Below are positions 37,246 through 50,891 of a DNA stretch of 64,000 nt, piece by piece (position 1 is the first letter of the stretch; the number at the start of each line of letters is the position of its first letter). The position numbers and the translations under genes were made by a program. Source of the stretch: Dendrobates tinctorius (taxonomy: Eukaryota); NCBI RefSeq assembly GCF_039654945.1, contig NW_027361834.1:3968001-4032000 (forward strand). Reading direction: 5' to 3'. Under the pieces are notes generated by a model, which had not been told where the DNA came from, did no database searches, and saw nothing but the letters and a program-made list of their open reading frames with translations.

Positions 37246-39090
37246 GACGAGACCCGATGCCATCGGGTTCTGTGTGCCTAAGACTCAAAGTTTTTGAAAA
37301 TGTGCAGAAGACCCAATTTAATAGACTGTAAAATGAATGCTAAAAATGGCCGCTGGCGCGGTGAAGAAGAGCGTGACAACATGGGAGGTCCTAAGAAAAG
37401 ACCGGGAACTGTCCTGGGCCTCCCCTGCCTGAATTACTATGCGACAGCGACATGGCCCACCCCCCGAGGGGTTCGTATACTGGCCTGGTATGGAGGAGTT
37501 GGAAGAAGACGCCGCCCCCAGAAGGAGGAGCGGAAGCCAGTGGCGGAAAAAGAGCCCAGACAGGAAGAAGAACGCCAGAACGCCATATTGGAAGGAGAGG
37601 GGAGGAGACGGGAGGAGGCCTGCGGATTTCGAGGAGTTTAAGCTGAATCTCCTCGGCGCCATGGCTGAAGACTCCAAGCCAGTTTCCGAGATGAACCGCC
37701 AGCAGCTGGAGGACGAAATAGCCCAGCTGACGCGCCATCTGCAACTGAGGCAGGAGGCGCTATGGACTTTGAACCTGCAGTGCGCCCAGGAGGGGGTCTA
37801 CACCTGCGGTACCCGCTACACCGGTACCCGTCGCTGCTGCACCGGATCTCATCCAGGCAGACTCTGGAGCCTGCGACCGCTGCCATACCACCGGCAGCCT
37901 CCATTGTCCCCTCTCTGCCGTCACCACGGGAGGAGTTGTACGAGGCCTTGGGAGCCGAAGCGGAGGAAGAAGAGCTCCCGCCTGGACCTGACGCGGCCGC
38001 GCAGGTCCCGCCGGAGCCCCCCGTGGATCGGGAGTCGCCATCTGCTACCACTACTGCCACCGGGAGCCGCACCATGCCTGTACCGGACCCGAGACTACAC
38101 CACCAGGATGTACCAGGTATATATCCCGGCCCTCCTAACGGGTTAGCCCCTGAATTCACATTGTCAGAGGCTGGCTTGCTGGAGCTCGAAATGGGGATGT
38201 TGGATGAGTCATCCGGGGGCACTAGGCTGTCGGAGATGGGGAGGTGGAAGAGGTCCCTACTGAGGAGGGTACGGCTGGAACAGGCACGCATGATTCGGCG
38301 CCTTGAGGGCTGGGACGAGTCTAGGTCACTTTGGGATAGTGAAAGGCGCCATGAGATCCCTTGGCTACTGAATCCCTGTGTAGCCGCCTACCAACGCCAA
38401 CAGGCCGCAGCCTCCCCAGATGTCAGGCCATGCACCAGAGCAGCAGGACCACCCGCCAATGAGGAACAGCATCCATTGGTACCAGTTGCTACTCCTGCTG
38501 AATCACTGGTAGCCGAAACATCACCAGCAACCACTGCTATACCACCCCTGCTGTACCTCAGGCAGCAGCCATGCCAGATGAATACTGGCAATTCACCAAC
38601 CTGTCAGGACACCCAGAGTATCTCCCCTGGAAGCAGCCCAAGCAACCAGCTTCCAGAACCCAGGAGGGGATAACTAGCTCTAATGTTGATTCAAACTAAC
38701 TCTCGCTACCCAGGAGGGTATTAACCAAGTTTTCTATTTTTTTTCTATTGTTCAATTTTTCTATTTTGATTATGTTTACCCAGTTGTTGCCTAGTTCCAT
38801 TGGCAGCCTTTACACTTGAACTGTGGAGATCATGGACGCTGAGTGATCCAGAACTGTTATGTAAATAGTTTGCACCTCTTTAGGTGCTCTCTCTTGGTTT
38901 TACATAGGAACCTCTCTTTGAAAAAAAAGGGAACTACCTCATTATAGGGACATTTCAAGACATGATGGCCGGACCAGTGTCTACAATTGCACTTATTGAA
39001 AACCAGCTGAATAGCCCGGCGTTGCCTGGGCATATTAACCAACTGTGGTTAGTTATAACAAATTATAATGATTATATTGCACATAAAAAC

Positions 39091-39447
39091 CGTGCATCTA
39101 ATCCTATACTGTGTGATACTGACTGCTGAGCCGTGTATCTAATCCTATTCTGTGTGATACTGTCTGCTGAGCCGTGTATCTAATCCTATCCTGTGATACT
39201 GACTGCTGAGCTGTGTATCTAATCCTTTCCTGTGTGATACTGCCTGCTGAGCCATGTGTCTAATCCTCTCCTGTGTGATACTGACTGCTGAACTGTGTAT
39301 CTAATCCTATCCTGTTTGATACTGACTGCTGAGCCGTGTATCAAATCCTATCCTGTGTGATACTGACTGCTGAGCAGTGTATCTAATCCTATCCTGTGTG
39401 ATACTGACTGCTGAGCCGTGTATCTAATCCTATCCTGTGTGATACTG
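39091..39447. repeat. 41-bp minisatellite (~8.5 copies) inside the Helitron
   Basis: Unit GACTGCTGAGCCGTGTATCTAATCCTATCCTGTGTGATACT; about two inverted copies at 44941-45030. Confidence 0.95.
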
Positions 39448-39557
39448 GGCTCCCCCTGCAGTCTGTGTCAGAGGGTGGTTTGTGTTGGCACGGTAATAAA
39501 TTGTGTTATTTCCAGCTTTTCAGAAGGACGATAACACCATAGAAATGATAAGAATAA

Positions 39558-42309
39558 CACAGGTCTGCAAAAAAAAATTTTTCAAGAGCTGTTTTGGTTA
39601 TTCCACGTAATTTTTATGTTTTTGAGTGCGCTGAATCCGATAATGACCTCCGTTTTGTCATAGGGCATCACGTTTTCTGACAATTTAAGTAACTATGTTA
39701 AATAAGACAATACCTCAAAATAAATGAAAATAGACTCATAAAATTAATTTTTTATTACAAGAGTTTCATGAAAATCATTTTTTTAACTGCAATGAGCTCA
39801 CTAACACACACTTCTTCCCTGTGAGGCTTCTCTTGGTACATTTACACTTGTGAGTAGCATCTGTAATGTCTCTCTGAAGCGTCCAACAGTAGTCTGCCAT
39901 CATTGTAATGCTCCATCTTCCCTGGTATCTTCTTTCCATCTCTTTAAAGTCCCGGTGGAATCGTTCACCTTGCTCTTCACTCACAGCTCCCAAATTTTCA
40001 GGAAAGTTGTCAAGGTGGGAATGGAGGAAATGCACTTTCAAACTCATCAGGCAACCTAAAGCTTGAAATGCTTTCAGCATTCGTCTGATGATTTTTTTGT
40101 AGTCAGAGTCTATGCTACTGCCTAAAAATTTCTCTACGACCTCTTTAAATGCAATCCACCCTTCTTTTTGATGATGCGTCATGGTATTGATAAACTCTTG
40201 ATCAGCTATAAGCCTTCTAATGTCTGGTCCGACGAACACACCTTCCTTCAATTTTGCCTCCGAGAGGCTTGGAAACTTGGTGACCAAGTATTTCAAGCAT
40301 TCTCCATCTTTTGGAAGTGATTTTCCGAATTGCTTCATCAATCCCAATTTGATGTGAAGAGGTGGTAGAAGAGCTTTATGGGGAGGAACCAAAGTTTCTC
40401 AGAGGACATTTTTTTCACCAACTGTGAGCACCATCGGCTGCCAATTCTTCTTGGTCCAGTGGTTTTGTCAGTCTCGACTGCCCCATAGACACAGAAAACA
40501 AGGGTATTTAGTATACCCAGCTTGTTGCCCGAGCAGCATGCACAAGACTTTCAAATCCCCGCACACTTGCCAACCGTGGTCTTCATAGTTAAGTTTACGA
40601 AGAACCAATTCTCGTAGGTTTCCTTGAGTTGTACGGAATGACCTACAGGGATGGAAGCATAAAAAACCGCCGTTGTGGAGTAAAACTGCTTTGAGACTTC
40701 TTTTTGAAGAATCTATAAAAAGACGCCATTGCGCTGAATCATATTGGATTTTGAATTGACCCATCAAACCTTCGACATCAATGCAATAAACCAACTTTTC
40801 TTCCTGGGCAAAGTAAGGAATGAACTCGTCTTCACGATGTCTGAACCATGAGAAAGACACTCCTGGCAACAATAAATTCTTGCTTTTGAGCCTCGATCTG
40901 AGTAACTTAGTGGCATCTTTGGGAAGATTCAAGTCTCTTACCAAATCATTCATCTCCTCCTGGGAAAACAATTTTGTTCTTGTATCATCTTCAAAGTCAG
41001 AACTTGATTCATCATCTGGTTCAGGTATGACTCCACCTTCATCGGAGCTAGTTATCTCTTCCAAGGTAGCAGGGGCCTTGGGTACTGGTATATCTGTGCC
41101 ATGGGGGATGGGATGAATTGCTGAGTGAATATTGGGGTATGAAATGGAATGCTTCCATTTTGAATTATACCCTTTCACATCGCATGAACAAAAGTAGCAA
41201 TCGTCACTATGGTTCTTTTGCTCTCGCCATACCATAGGAATCCCATAACGGAAAGCTTTTTTCTTAGGCCTGTTTCACACTTCCGTTTGTGACCATCAGT
41301 CAAGATCCGCCGATTTGGAAAAAAAACATATCCGCCATTTTTCTTGGCAGATCCTTTTTTTCCTCATAGGCGTGCATTATCGGTGGATCTTGACGAATGG
41401 TCGTCCGTTTGATCCATTTTTGTACGGATCCGCCAAGATTTTGGCATCCGCTCAGCGGCCCGAACGGAGCATGTAACTTTTTTTTGTGTCCGGATCCGCT
41501 ATTTGCAGATTTAACCCACGTTTCTGTCTGGCTGCTGGAGAAAATTCTCTCTCTCTCTCTCCTTTTCCCCAGGCGCGGTTCCTTTAAATTTTTACCTTCG
41601 GCGGATCCGTTCATCCGCCGATCCGCTGACCCCCGTTTCAGTCAGTCCGCCTGCGGATCCGTTTTCCGCTATTTTGGCGGATTTTAGCTGACAGAAAAAA
41701 CTGAAGATGCCCAAGCTTTATCTTGATCTCCAAGCTTTAGTCCGAAATATGCGAAGTATATTTTTTTCACAAAGTCTGTAATATTCAGCTGTTGCTTCAA
41801 CACTGTATATTCACCACAAATGTAACAGAAACTGTCAGGCGAATTAATACACTTCCGCTGAGTCATAATGCTAATTTTGGGAAACACGGTTGAATGTGAC
41901 GAGCTAACACGAACTGAGATTAAAAAGTGTGAACAGGCGAGAAGCAAGATAAAACAATTGAAACAAGCCGGGGCATGTCAGAGCCCGCTCGTTCAGCTTG
42001 CAACATGTTGATGCTGGTTTAATTAGCTCACTCTGCAAGTTCTTTTCTTTGAAAGTTATATTTTTTTGGCATTGTATATCTTCAATGCATTGATGTGAAT
42101 TAATTAATAGTAATTTTGACTTTTTCAAAACCCTAAGATAAAAAAAAACCAAAAATTGAGAAAAATTTACTAAATTTGAAGAGAATTTTGCATTTTGTGG
42201 CAATCCTGACGTCCAGGATTTTTTTCAATATTTCTTTTGTTTTCAGCACACCAAAATACATGGAAATTAGATGAAAATAATCAAACAGCTTTTTAGTCGC
42301 AGACCTGTG
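39558..42309 (-). mobile_element. Chapaev3-like (CMC superfamily) DNA transposon with disrupted transposase
   Basis: TIR CACAGGTCTGC / GCAGACCTGTG, TAA TSD; ORF pieces CYICG, WREQKNHSDDCYFC, WRLFIDSS, GDLKV, LPPLHIKLGLMK, LKVHFLHSH, SEEQGERFH. Confidence 0.85.
41267..41706. mobile_element. PIF/Harbinger-type MITE (right end lost) interrupting the Chapaev3 transposase
   Basis: TTA|GGCCTGTTTCACAC left TIR, CGGATCCG-rich interior; transposase frame on both sides. Confidence 0.7.
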
Positions 42310-45300
42310 TAATAGGTCTCAGTTACCACAACTGTCTACAAAGAAAACTGTTGCTGATAGCAACCAATCACAGCTCACTTTTCATCTTTTAAACAGCTCT
42401 GGGACAGCGTGGCGAGTTTTGAGTGGCGACTTTTGTGTTTGGACTTTTATATGGTGAGATTGGTGTATGTGTGGTGAAATGTGTGCTGAGGGTGGTATAT
42501 GTGTTGGAGCACGTGGTAGTGTGTGGCGCATTTTGTGTGTGTGTTTATATCCCCGTGTGTGGTGAGTATACCATGTCAGGGCCCCACCTTAGCAACTGTA
42601 CGGTATATACTCTTTGGCGCCATCGCTCTCATTCTTTAAGTCCCCCTTGTTCACATCTGGCAGCTGTCAATTTGCCTCCAACACTTTTCCTTTCACTTTT
42701 TCCCCATTATGTAGATAGGGGCAAAATTGTTTGGTGAATTGGAACACGCAAGGTTAAAATTTCACCCCACAACATAGCCTATGACGCTCTCGGGGTCCAG
42801 ATGTGTGACTGTGCAAAATTTTGTGGCTGTAGCTACGACGGTGCAGATGCCAATACATACACTTTTTCCCCATTATGTAGATAGGGGCAAAATTGTTTGG
42901 TGAATTGGAACGCGCAGGGTTAAAATTTTGCCTCACAACATAGCCTATGACGCTCTCGGGGTTCAGATGTGTGACTGTGCCAAATTTTGTGGCTGTAGCT
43001 GCGACGGTGTGGATGCCATTCCTGGACATACACACATACATACATACATACATACATACATACATACATACATACACGCCCACATTTAGCTTTATATATT
43101 AGATGTTTGATATTTTTGAACAAAAAGCTATAAAGTGATAGTGTGTAGTGAAAGTACTAATGACAGATTTTATAAGGTTTAATTGAGGAAGAAATACAGT
43201 GAATGTTTTACAAAGTTTGAATAAAGATGTGAGAATGGAATAAAAATGTGGAGAAGATGAACCAGGCAATAGCGTTTGTCACTCAGTAAAGAAGAAAGTA
43301 GCAAATGTGAGAGATGGCAGAAAAAGAAATGTGTTGCTAGCAAATGTGATACTCAAGTTAATAGTGAATTTGTTGCCATAGCACTTTGAATTAGGTAGCA
43401 TAACTTTAAATATAGATAGGCAGTTAAATTGTTTGTAACATTCAAGAAACTGTGCCTCCCACATTGGGAAGTTTAGTATAAGAAATGTTCATTATGCAAT
43501 ATAAAATTTTTGTATGTTCCTGTATTGTCAACTTTGTTTAACTTGCAGCCTGCGAACGTGCTGTGTTTAACGGGGGGTATGTGGCGCCCCTGAAGCTCGG
43601 TCGCCACAGAGGTACTGCACCTCCTCCTGAGGTGTGGTGCCCCACCATCCAGGTAAGGTGGGAAGCTCCTGACCACACTCCAACACCTGCACCCGACACC
43701 ACAAAGTAGTGTAGCAAAGCACCTTCGGCGGCTCCCTGCTTGGAGTATAGCAAAGCACCCATTGGTGGCTCCCTGCTTGGAACACGAAACGTGCTGGGAG
43801 GTGGGTGGAGTTGAGTTTACATTAAAAGAGCGGGAAGAGTTTATGATTCAGCAGTTACTAGTCAGTTATTCAGTCATAGTCATTCAGTCAGTCACTGAGA
43901 GTGAGTGAGGATGCAGAAGGACAGAGAGTAAGACAGAGAGGATCCCCGGGAGAGGGATGGATGAAGTAAGTGCTGCAGCAGGCCACAGTGACCTGGGTCT
44001 GCTAGCACAAGAAAGAGACATAGAAAGGACACCTGATAGTTCCATAGAAAAAAAGGATTAGTGCGGAACGTGAGGAGTAAAAGAGAGAACATGATGTGGG
44101 TTAGAGAAGAACCCTGCCTAGGATTTCTAAGCGCAAGGCCGGGGCCCGGTCCCCGAGGTTGTATGGATACTAATGATCCTGCAGCAGACACCGGAGGAAT
44201 AGAAGTTAGCAATACTTTATTCCCACGTCAGACTAGGGGGCACAACAGCAACATTGATAGTGAGCCGGGACTAAGAAGCAAGAAGTCCCGAAGCAGGCTA
44301 CAACTATCTGCCGTACAAGGAAAGTTCATAAGAACATCGGACAGGAGGAACTCCAGTGTAACTCAGTACTGGGAGTACTTCATTTATAGGCGTTATAAGA
44401 GGAGACGTTCAGAAAGGCACATGTTGGCGGAGTGTTGGAAAGCAGTATTCCACCTGGCCTGGAGGTTGACTGAGTCCCTGACCTGGAGGACACGGCACGG
44501 AGGCAGGCACCTCTTTGCACAACAGACTGTAAGTAAAGCTTTGGAACTACATGCCCTGGTGTCCTCCACTTATTCCTGCGCCAACACACCCGGCACTGCT
44601 ACATCTTGGTGCCCAACACCGCCTGACCTACATCTCCCCTTGGCCTCCACATCTACACTGCCCTGGGACTACAGCTTCACGTGTGGGGAGCTTTTACATC
44701 TTTGCTGCACCATACCATCAGTCCCAGAGGATCTGCATGCAGTGTCGGCTTAACACCTCCCTTGCCAAACAACACAGGTGGCATCACAATCTATTAATTT
44801 AATCAACTACAATCCACCATTCAATCTTCCTTTTACTTGGGCGCTCAGGGCCAAGGACCGGGTCACCGCTGCTGTGACACCTTTCCCCCTGAGTGACCGG
44901 CTTGGTACCGAGTACCCCACAGCCCTGGGAGGGCGACCCAGATACACGGCTCAGCAGTCAGTATCACACAGGATAGGATTAGATACATGGCTCAGCAGTC
45001 AATATCACACAGGATAGGATTAGATGCACGGTTTTTATGTGCAATATAATCATTATAATTTGTTATAACTAACCACAGTTGGTTACTATGCCCAGGCACC
45101 GCCGGGCTCTTCAGCTAGTATAATATAAACACCAGCAAATCTAATAAATGGATAATTAGATACTCGTGTCCATGGGATTAGCTCAGTATTGTAGCTTCAT
45201 TGATGTAAAATGGGATAAGCTGCAATAAAAAGTGCCGTCCTATGAACAGTGTCTCGGTTTCTTCACACCGATTGCTGTTTTGCACATCGGCAGCAAATAA

Positions 45301-45329
45301 AATGTTCTTACCACCGACATTTGGTTTAA

Positions 45330-45443
45330 GTCCGGGATCACACATGCGAGAAACTCGGACGAATCTCGCATGTTAATACCCGGCATTGCTGCCTGCACTC
45401 GGGAGCGGAGCGTGCGGCTGCATAGCAATGTGTGATCCTGGCC
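45330..45443. mobile_element. Minimal PIF/Harbinger-type MITE (114 bp)
   Basis: TAA|GTCCGGGATCACACAT ... ATGTGTGATCCTGGCC|TAA. Confidence 0.75.
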
Positions 45444-46151
45444 TAATTTGAAAACTCCCACATCAGGTGTCTGACAGGTTCACTGCCAAGAGGGTTTCTG
45501 GGGATTCAAATCAGCAATAATTTCTTTAATGGGAAAAATAGGTATGCATTTATTTTTTGTATTTCTGAATACTCCATTTATTATCAACATTGTGAAGGTT
45601 TCTTTGTTTTTTTTTTTGTTGTTTGTGAAGTTGCCTTTTTCATATTTTACTTTATAAATAAAAATGACAGACCACAAGGCTGAAACAGTATAACATCATA
45701 TATTACATGTGGGTGCAGATGAAAAGAAAACCAACACAATCAGCCCATGGAAAATCAGTGTAGGACACACTGTAATCAATAAGAAGCCGCAAAAGGAAAT
45801 CAGTGCATAGATGTCCAAGGTATGATAAAATCACAAATCTTTATTAGATAACACAGGTAGAAAAGCACAAACAATGACAAACAAAGGGTGACACAAACAG
45901 AAGCAGAGCAAGAGGGCATACAGTGTCAAAAACCTCACTCTGACCCTTATCGTGAGTAAACACCTGGTGGTAAAGATAAATAAGTATCTAAGTATAAACA
46001 CCCAATATATAGCAGGCAGACCAGTGAAAAGCAGTAAGGGGTAAAATCCCCAGCTGGACAGCCATATAATCAGGGGTGAAGATACAAAGACACAAAAGCA
46101 AGGTACATACCAGGAGGGGAGAGGTGAGAGACACTGAATCCAAAGCTCAGC

Positions 46152-46203
46152 TGACCCCGACGTACGTTTCGGAAATGATCTTCCTTCCTCAGGGGGCGTG
46201 TCA
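46152..46203 (-). ncRNA. Type I hammerhead ribozyme in the PLE-C pLTR
   Basis: Reverse complement of 47795-47846. Confidence 0.85.
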
Positions 46204-47794
46204 ATAGGGTGTTAATTGCGGGTTAAATAGGGGAAGTAAAAACAAGCACCAATCATGAGGGGTGACGCTGACCAATCCCCCCACATCCCCCATCACTGCC
46301 TTAGCTGGCGCTGATCAGCACGGGGCCCCATGACGTCAGACGCCAGACCACAGGCAGACGGGGGCGGGACAGGAAGCGTGTCCACCCACACATGTACAGG
46401 AACAGGAAAGACGGCCGCCACCATCTTGGATATGGGCAAAAGGCAGGAAATCTGCCAGAACTGTGAAGGGGAATAGTGAACGTCCCTGAAAAGACCTTAC
46501 AAGATAGAAGCGGGCTGAATAGCGCTACAACTAATTTAGTACCCTAATATAACAATGTAGTAATGCATCACCAATGATATACAAATTAATTAATATATAG
46601 GGGAGCGCAAATAGGGCATTAGCAAGAAATGGAAATGTAAACTAAGTGTATAAATTACACCTAGGCAGCAAGAATAATCGGTAAGATGAGAGGCAGAGCA
46701 CATAATATTACAGAGTTAATAACAATAACCAGTGTTCAGTGCCCATACCTATCATATATAATCGAATACATGATTTTAAATACATAAAGCTCCACAAAAG
46801 CTGTATACGTGTCAATATATACATCAGTATACACATCCATAATATTGAGCCATAAAATACACCTATATATGGATACAGCAACATCATTAGTCCAGCATTC
46901 ATAATAATGAGATGGAGAAAAAAAAAAAAAGGACTAGGGCACCACCATATTCTCCATGAAAATGTGCCATAAATTAAACTTGCACATAAATACAGAGACA
47001 TTATTAAACCAACATTCATAGTATTGTGATGAAAAAAAGATGATGAGGCCTTGAAACCGCCAAATTCTCCATTCAAAATGTGCCATAGAGTAAACTGGCA
47101 CATAAATACAGAGGCATTATTAGTCCAGCATTCATAGTATTGCGATGAGGGAAAAATGAGGCCTTGAAACCGCCATATTCTCCATACAACAATGGAGGAG
47201 TAGATGTATCTTCATCTTCCCAAGTAGGATATCCATCCAACCCAGCAAGGAAAGCCACAAGAAAACCATCAGACAGGTGCCTGCAATTAAAACTAAAATA
47301 AAAACAAATGTTAAAACCAAAGACACAAAGAGTCACCCAACTGGCAGCAGCAGAAAAGGGGATAGAGAGGATAATCATAAAAATGGAGCAAATGACAGAC
47401 ACTCATTAAGACACCTCGGATGAACCGTTTGCAACTTCCAGATCCACCTGGTTTCCAATTGACCCAGCCTTTTAGATAGGCCCCCACCTCTGATATCTTT
47501 TCTCAGAGCCTCGATGCCACGCACTTTAAATAAAGATGCGTCACATTTATGATGATCTTTGAAGTGCTTGGGAATAGTTCTCAGGGTGGAGTCATCCATG
47601 TGGTCCCGTGCCGCCTGGATCCCCAACACATGCTCCCGCACACGGACCTTTAGTTGGCGTGTTGTAAGGCCAACATAAATAAGATCAGCGCCAGCTAAGG
47701 CAGTGATGGGGATGTGGGGGGATTGGTCAGCGTCACCCCTCATGATTGGTGCTTGTTTTTACTTCCCCTATTTAAACCGCAATTAACACCCTAT

Positions 47795-47846
47795 TGACAC
47801 GCCCCCTGAGGAAGGAAGATCATTTCCGAAACGTACGTCGGGGTCA
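47795..47846 (+). ncRNA. Type I hammerhead ribozyme (inverted pLTR copy)
   Basis: TGA-cacg-CCCC CTGAGGA a-GGAAG atca TTTCC GAAA CGTACG TC GGGG TCA; palindromic stem III ACGTACGT; predicted cleavage after 47839. Confidence 0.85.
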
Positions 47847-50800
47847 GCTGAGCTTTGGATTCAGTGTCTCTCCCCTCTCCCCTCCTGGTATGTACCTTGC
47901 TTTTGTGTCTTTGTATCTTCACCCCTGATTATATGGCTGTCCAGCTGGGGATTTTACCCCTTACTGCTTTTCATTGGTCTGCCTGCTATATATTGGGTGT
48001 TTATACTTGGATACTTATTTATCTTTACCACCAGGTGTTTACTCACGATATGGGTCAGAGTGAGGTTTTTGACACTGTATACCCTTTTGCTCTGTTTCTG
48101 TTTGTGTCACCCTTTGTTTGTCATTGTTTGTGCTTTTCTACCTGTGTTATCTAATAAAGATTTGTGATTTTATCATACCTTGGACATCTATGCACTGATT
48201 TCCTTTTGCGGCTTCATATTTTACTTTATGCAAATAAATTTTGGTTTGAATTCTTGCTGCAAGATGGTTTGTATTCTTGTGTTACCTGGCATTAAAATTC
48301 TGGTAATGTCTATTATAAAAATGTATCCCTATCGTATAGCTATCAATGTAGTGTTGGGAGTAAGCAATGCCACAGGAGATAGGGGTTGTGACAAGAGTTG
48401 AGCGAATTTTGCAAAATTTGGTTCGGATTACGATCGCCGGCGAATATTGTATTTACAGTATTCACCAAACGTCAATGGGTCTAGAGTTGAGCGAATATGT
48501 TCGGGACTGATCGTCAAACATAAATTCTGCACGAATAGAGTACAAAAAAGCCATGAATATGGCAAACTCGGATTTGAGGATGGTTTCATATTCTCCAGTT
48601 GTAAGGCTACACGAGATGGAAAAAGCTGACCATACACATTGGGTAGCCGTGTGCTGAATGTTCGGCCAAAGGCTATCACTCCCGACTCCACATACTTGTG
48701 AGTGCTGGGGATTTTGAGATTATCTCCCCTGAGAACAAAAGTATCAGACATTGCCGCTCCACCTGCCCGGTCCTTCTCTCTCCTATCGGGGAAGAGCCGG
48801 GAGGTGCCCCTACACATCAGATGGCCGAGCGATCCTCCCAAAATCTGTGGCTTTGACCGGCTTTCAACTAACATGTATTGGGGCTGTTATTCTGACTGTC
48901 CCAAAAAAGGTAATGGTAAACTGTACCTCCCTTCTAATGGGATGTTGTCCCTTTACCTCTATGTAGTCCACCTGTAATTGGCAAGTAACAGTTCGGTGCT
49001 CATATTCTGCTACATGTGTAAGCTATTAAAATGAGCCTTTATTAGATTTTAATAACTTCATTATTCACTATTTTGAAGTCTTTTGGGTCCTGATTTATTA
49101 AGCTGATTTCAGCAGAATTCTGGTGAAGTTGCGCAAAAATATTGCAACATTTGGAGTTTACTTTACAAGCCAGCTATGCCAATATGGACAGGGCATGGCT
49201 GCACCCACCTGCATAAAGAGTCTGACTGGGGTACATTGACGGCACCTGAATTGGGTGCACTCCAGCAATCCTCTTCTTAAACTGGCCTGCACAGCACAGT
49301 CTTAATGAATCGTGCCTTCTATTTCATTATTAAAAAAAAAAATTGTATATAATTATTTTTTTTTCCCCAAGCCAAATCTAACCACTATTATTTCAGTTGC
49401 CAATACTTGCAGCAGGTCTTTGAAACCAAAATCGGCCAAGATATAAAAGTACATGCGAATAATTGCACTATGCTGGACTATGGATACACAAACACTGTAT
49501 TTTTCCAGTTAATGATCTTCACTTGTAGGCTTTCCGTGAATGCTTTATATGTGTATCAATTTTTTTTATTAAAGTTGTGGATCATTTGAATCTTTTGTTT
49601 GTTGCAATGTAGCAACAAAACTGTTTGGGTATGACACTTGCGCACCGCAAATACTGCAGCCATAGGAGACTAGAGACGCACAGACCACAATCTCCTATAT
49701 TGTGTCTGCCTCAGCTGTGGACTGTGTATTCCCCATGGGGTGTCCAGTTCAACGCTGCGGGGGAGTCAGGTGCCATTTTATTGTAGTCCAGAACTGTGCT
49801 CTTCGCTACAATTTACACCCCAATATCAACAGTTCACGTAGCTGTCGGTGACAGGAGGTCTGCGCAGTGGTTGTGAGATGTGGTGAGCACAGATCAGGAG
49901 CCTGACGCTGTACTAATATCAGGCTATTGAGCAGCTCGGTGGCCTGGGATTAGTCGTACAATGTCAGCCTGCCGACCTGTACTCACTTCAGTATTCAGAG
50001 TTCATCATCACGTTGCTGTGCTCTGAACACTGACTCATCTCTGCTCAGTCAGTGTAAAGCCTCATTCAGATGTCCCTACATGATACATCTGAGTGAGGCT
50101 TTACACTGAGCACAGCCATGTATCTAGTCCCATCATGTGTGACGGTCTGCTGAGCCATGTATCTCATGCGGTCACTGAAACGGTGAGCAGCGCAGCTTCA
50201 ACTAACAGAATCGGTGCTAACGACCGACCTCTGTGTCACTGTCCACTTGTCAATATCACTTTGCCGCCACTAACAAAATGGCTCCTATGCTTCATCCTGC
50301 CTTATCCTTTGGCAAACATCTAGAAGGCGAGGAGTGACGTCTCACACATGGAGCAGATCCCACCAATGTGTACTGCAGTTGCACTATCTCACATTACATT
50401 AAATTTTTATGGCAAATATCAGCAGTTGCCCCCCACTCCCTCCAGTTTTTCAAGTTGAAAATATGAACAAAAATTGCTATTTTATACCATTAAAAAATAT
50501 ACGTTTTTACATTTTTTTTCCAATTGTTGAGAAAAAAATGGGCACATTCCCTTTAAATCTGCCAGATCCATTTATCATGTACTGTAGATTATAAAGGGAA
50601 TGTTGCTGATTAAATGTAGCCATTAAAATGAACTGTTATGCTCTGACTGGAACTAATTGTTCTGGCTCTGACCGCCGTGAAGCCTAAATGCCTGTAGGTC
50701 CACTCTGATTGTCACTCGGGATCAGGAAAAAACTTTATTTTTTTAATAAAGCCAATCGGTTCATGTTTTGTACTCCGTTAAGTGAATAAGGTAAAGCAAA

Positions 50801-50891
50801 GTTCTATGATCAACCTCCGACCCTTCCTTCTGATGTCTGCTCCTTCTGACATGGATATATTCTCAAGGTCCATACAAGAAGATGTCATAAC

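Larger units (their letters stand above)
39003..43103 (-). mobile_element. Non-autonomous Helitron, copy 2 (same family as copy 1)
   Basis: Minus strand A|TCTAATATATAAAGC at 43103; hairpin GCCCAGGCAACGCCGGGC then CTGG|T at 39003; 42425-43103 is homologous to 35347-36095. Confidence 0.85.
36490..44940 (+). mobile_element. Non-autonomous LTR retroelement (LARD-like) without visible RT or integrase
   Basis: 3' LTR 43580-44940 (TG..CA); 5' LTR 36490-37224 matches 44207-44940 with its left part lost; PBS 37228-37245; purine tract AACGGGGGGTA before 43580. Confidence 0.85.
35347..45118 (+). mobile_element. Non-autonomous Helitron, copy 1 (5' part 35347-~36100, 3' part 44941-45118)
   Basis: A|TCTAATATATAAAGC start; 3' hairpin GCCCAGGCACCGCCGGGC then CTAG|T; no TSD. 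Confidence 0.8.
45656..48212 (-). mobile_element. 5'-truncated Penelope-like element (PLE-C) with inverted pLTR
   Basis: GIY-YIG fragment 47375-47685 (IYVGLTTRQLKVRVREH..ETRWIWKL..LNE); 47687-48215 is the inverted copy of 45783-46312; 17-bp TSD TTCATATTTTACTTTAT at 45639-45655 and 48213-48229. Confidence 0.9.

Noticed and set aside
39091-39447. CRISPR-like regular repeats
   Set aside because: Head-to-tail 41-bp units with no unique spacers, no cas genes and a eukaryotic context.
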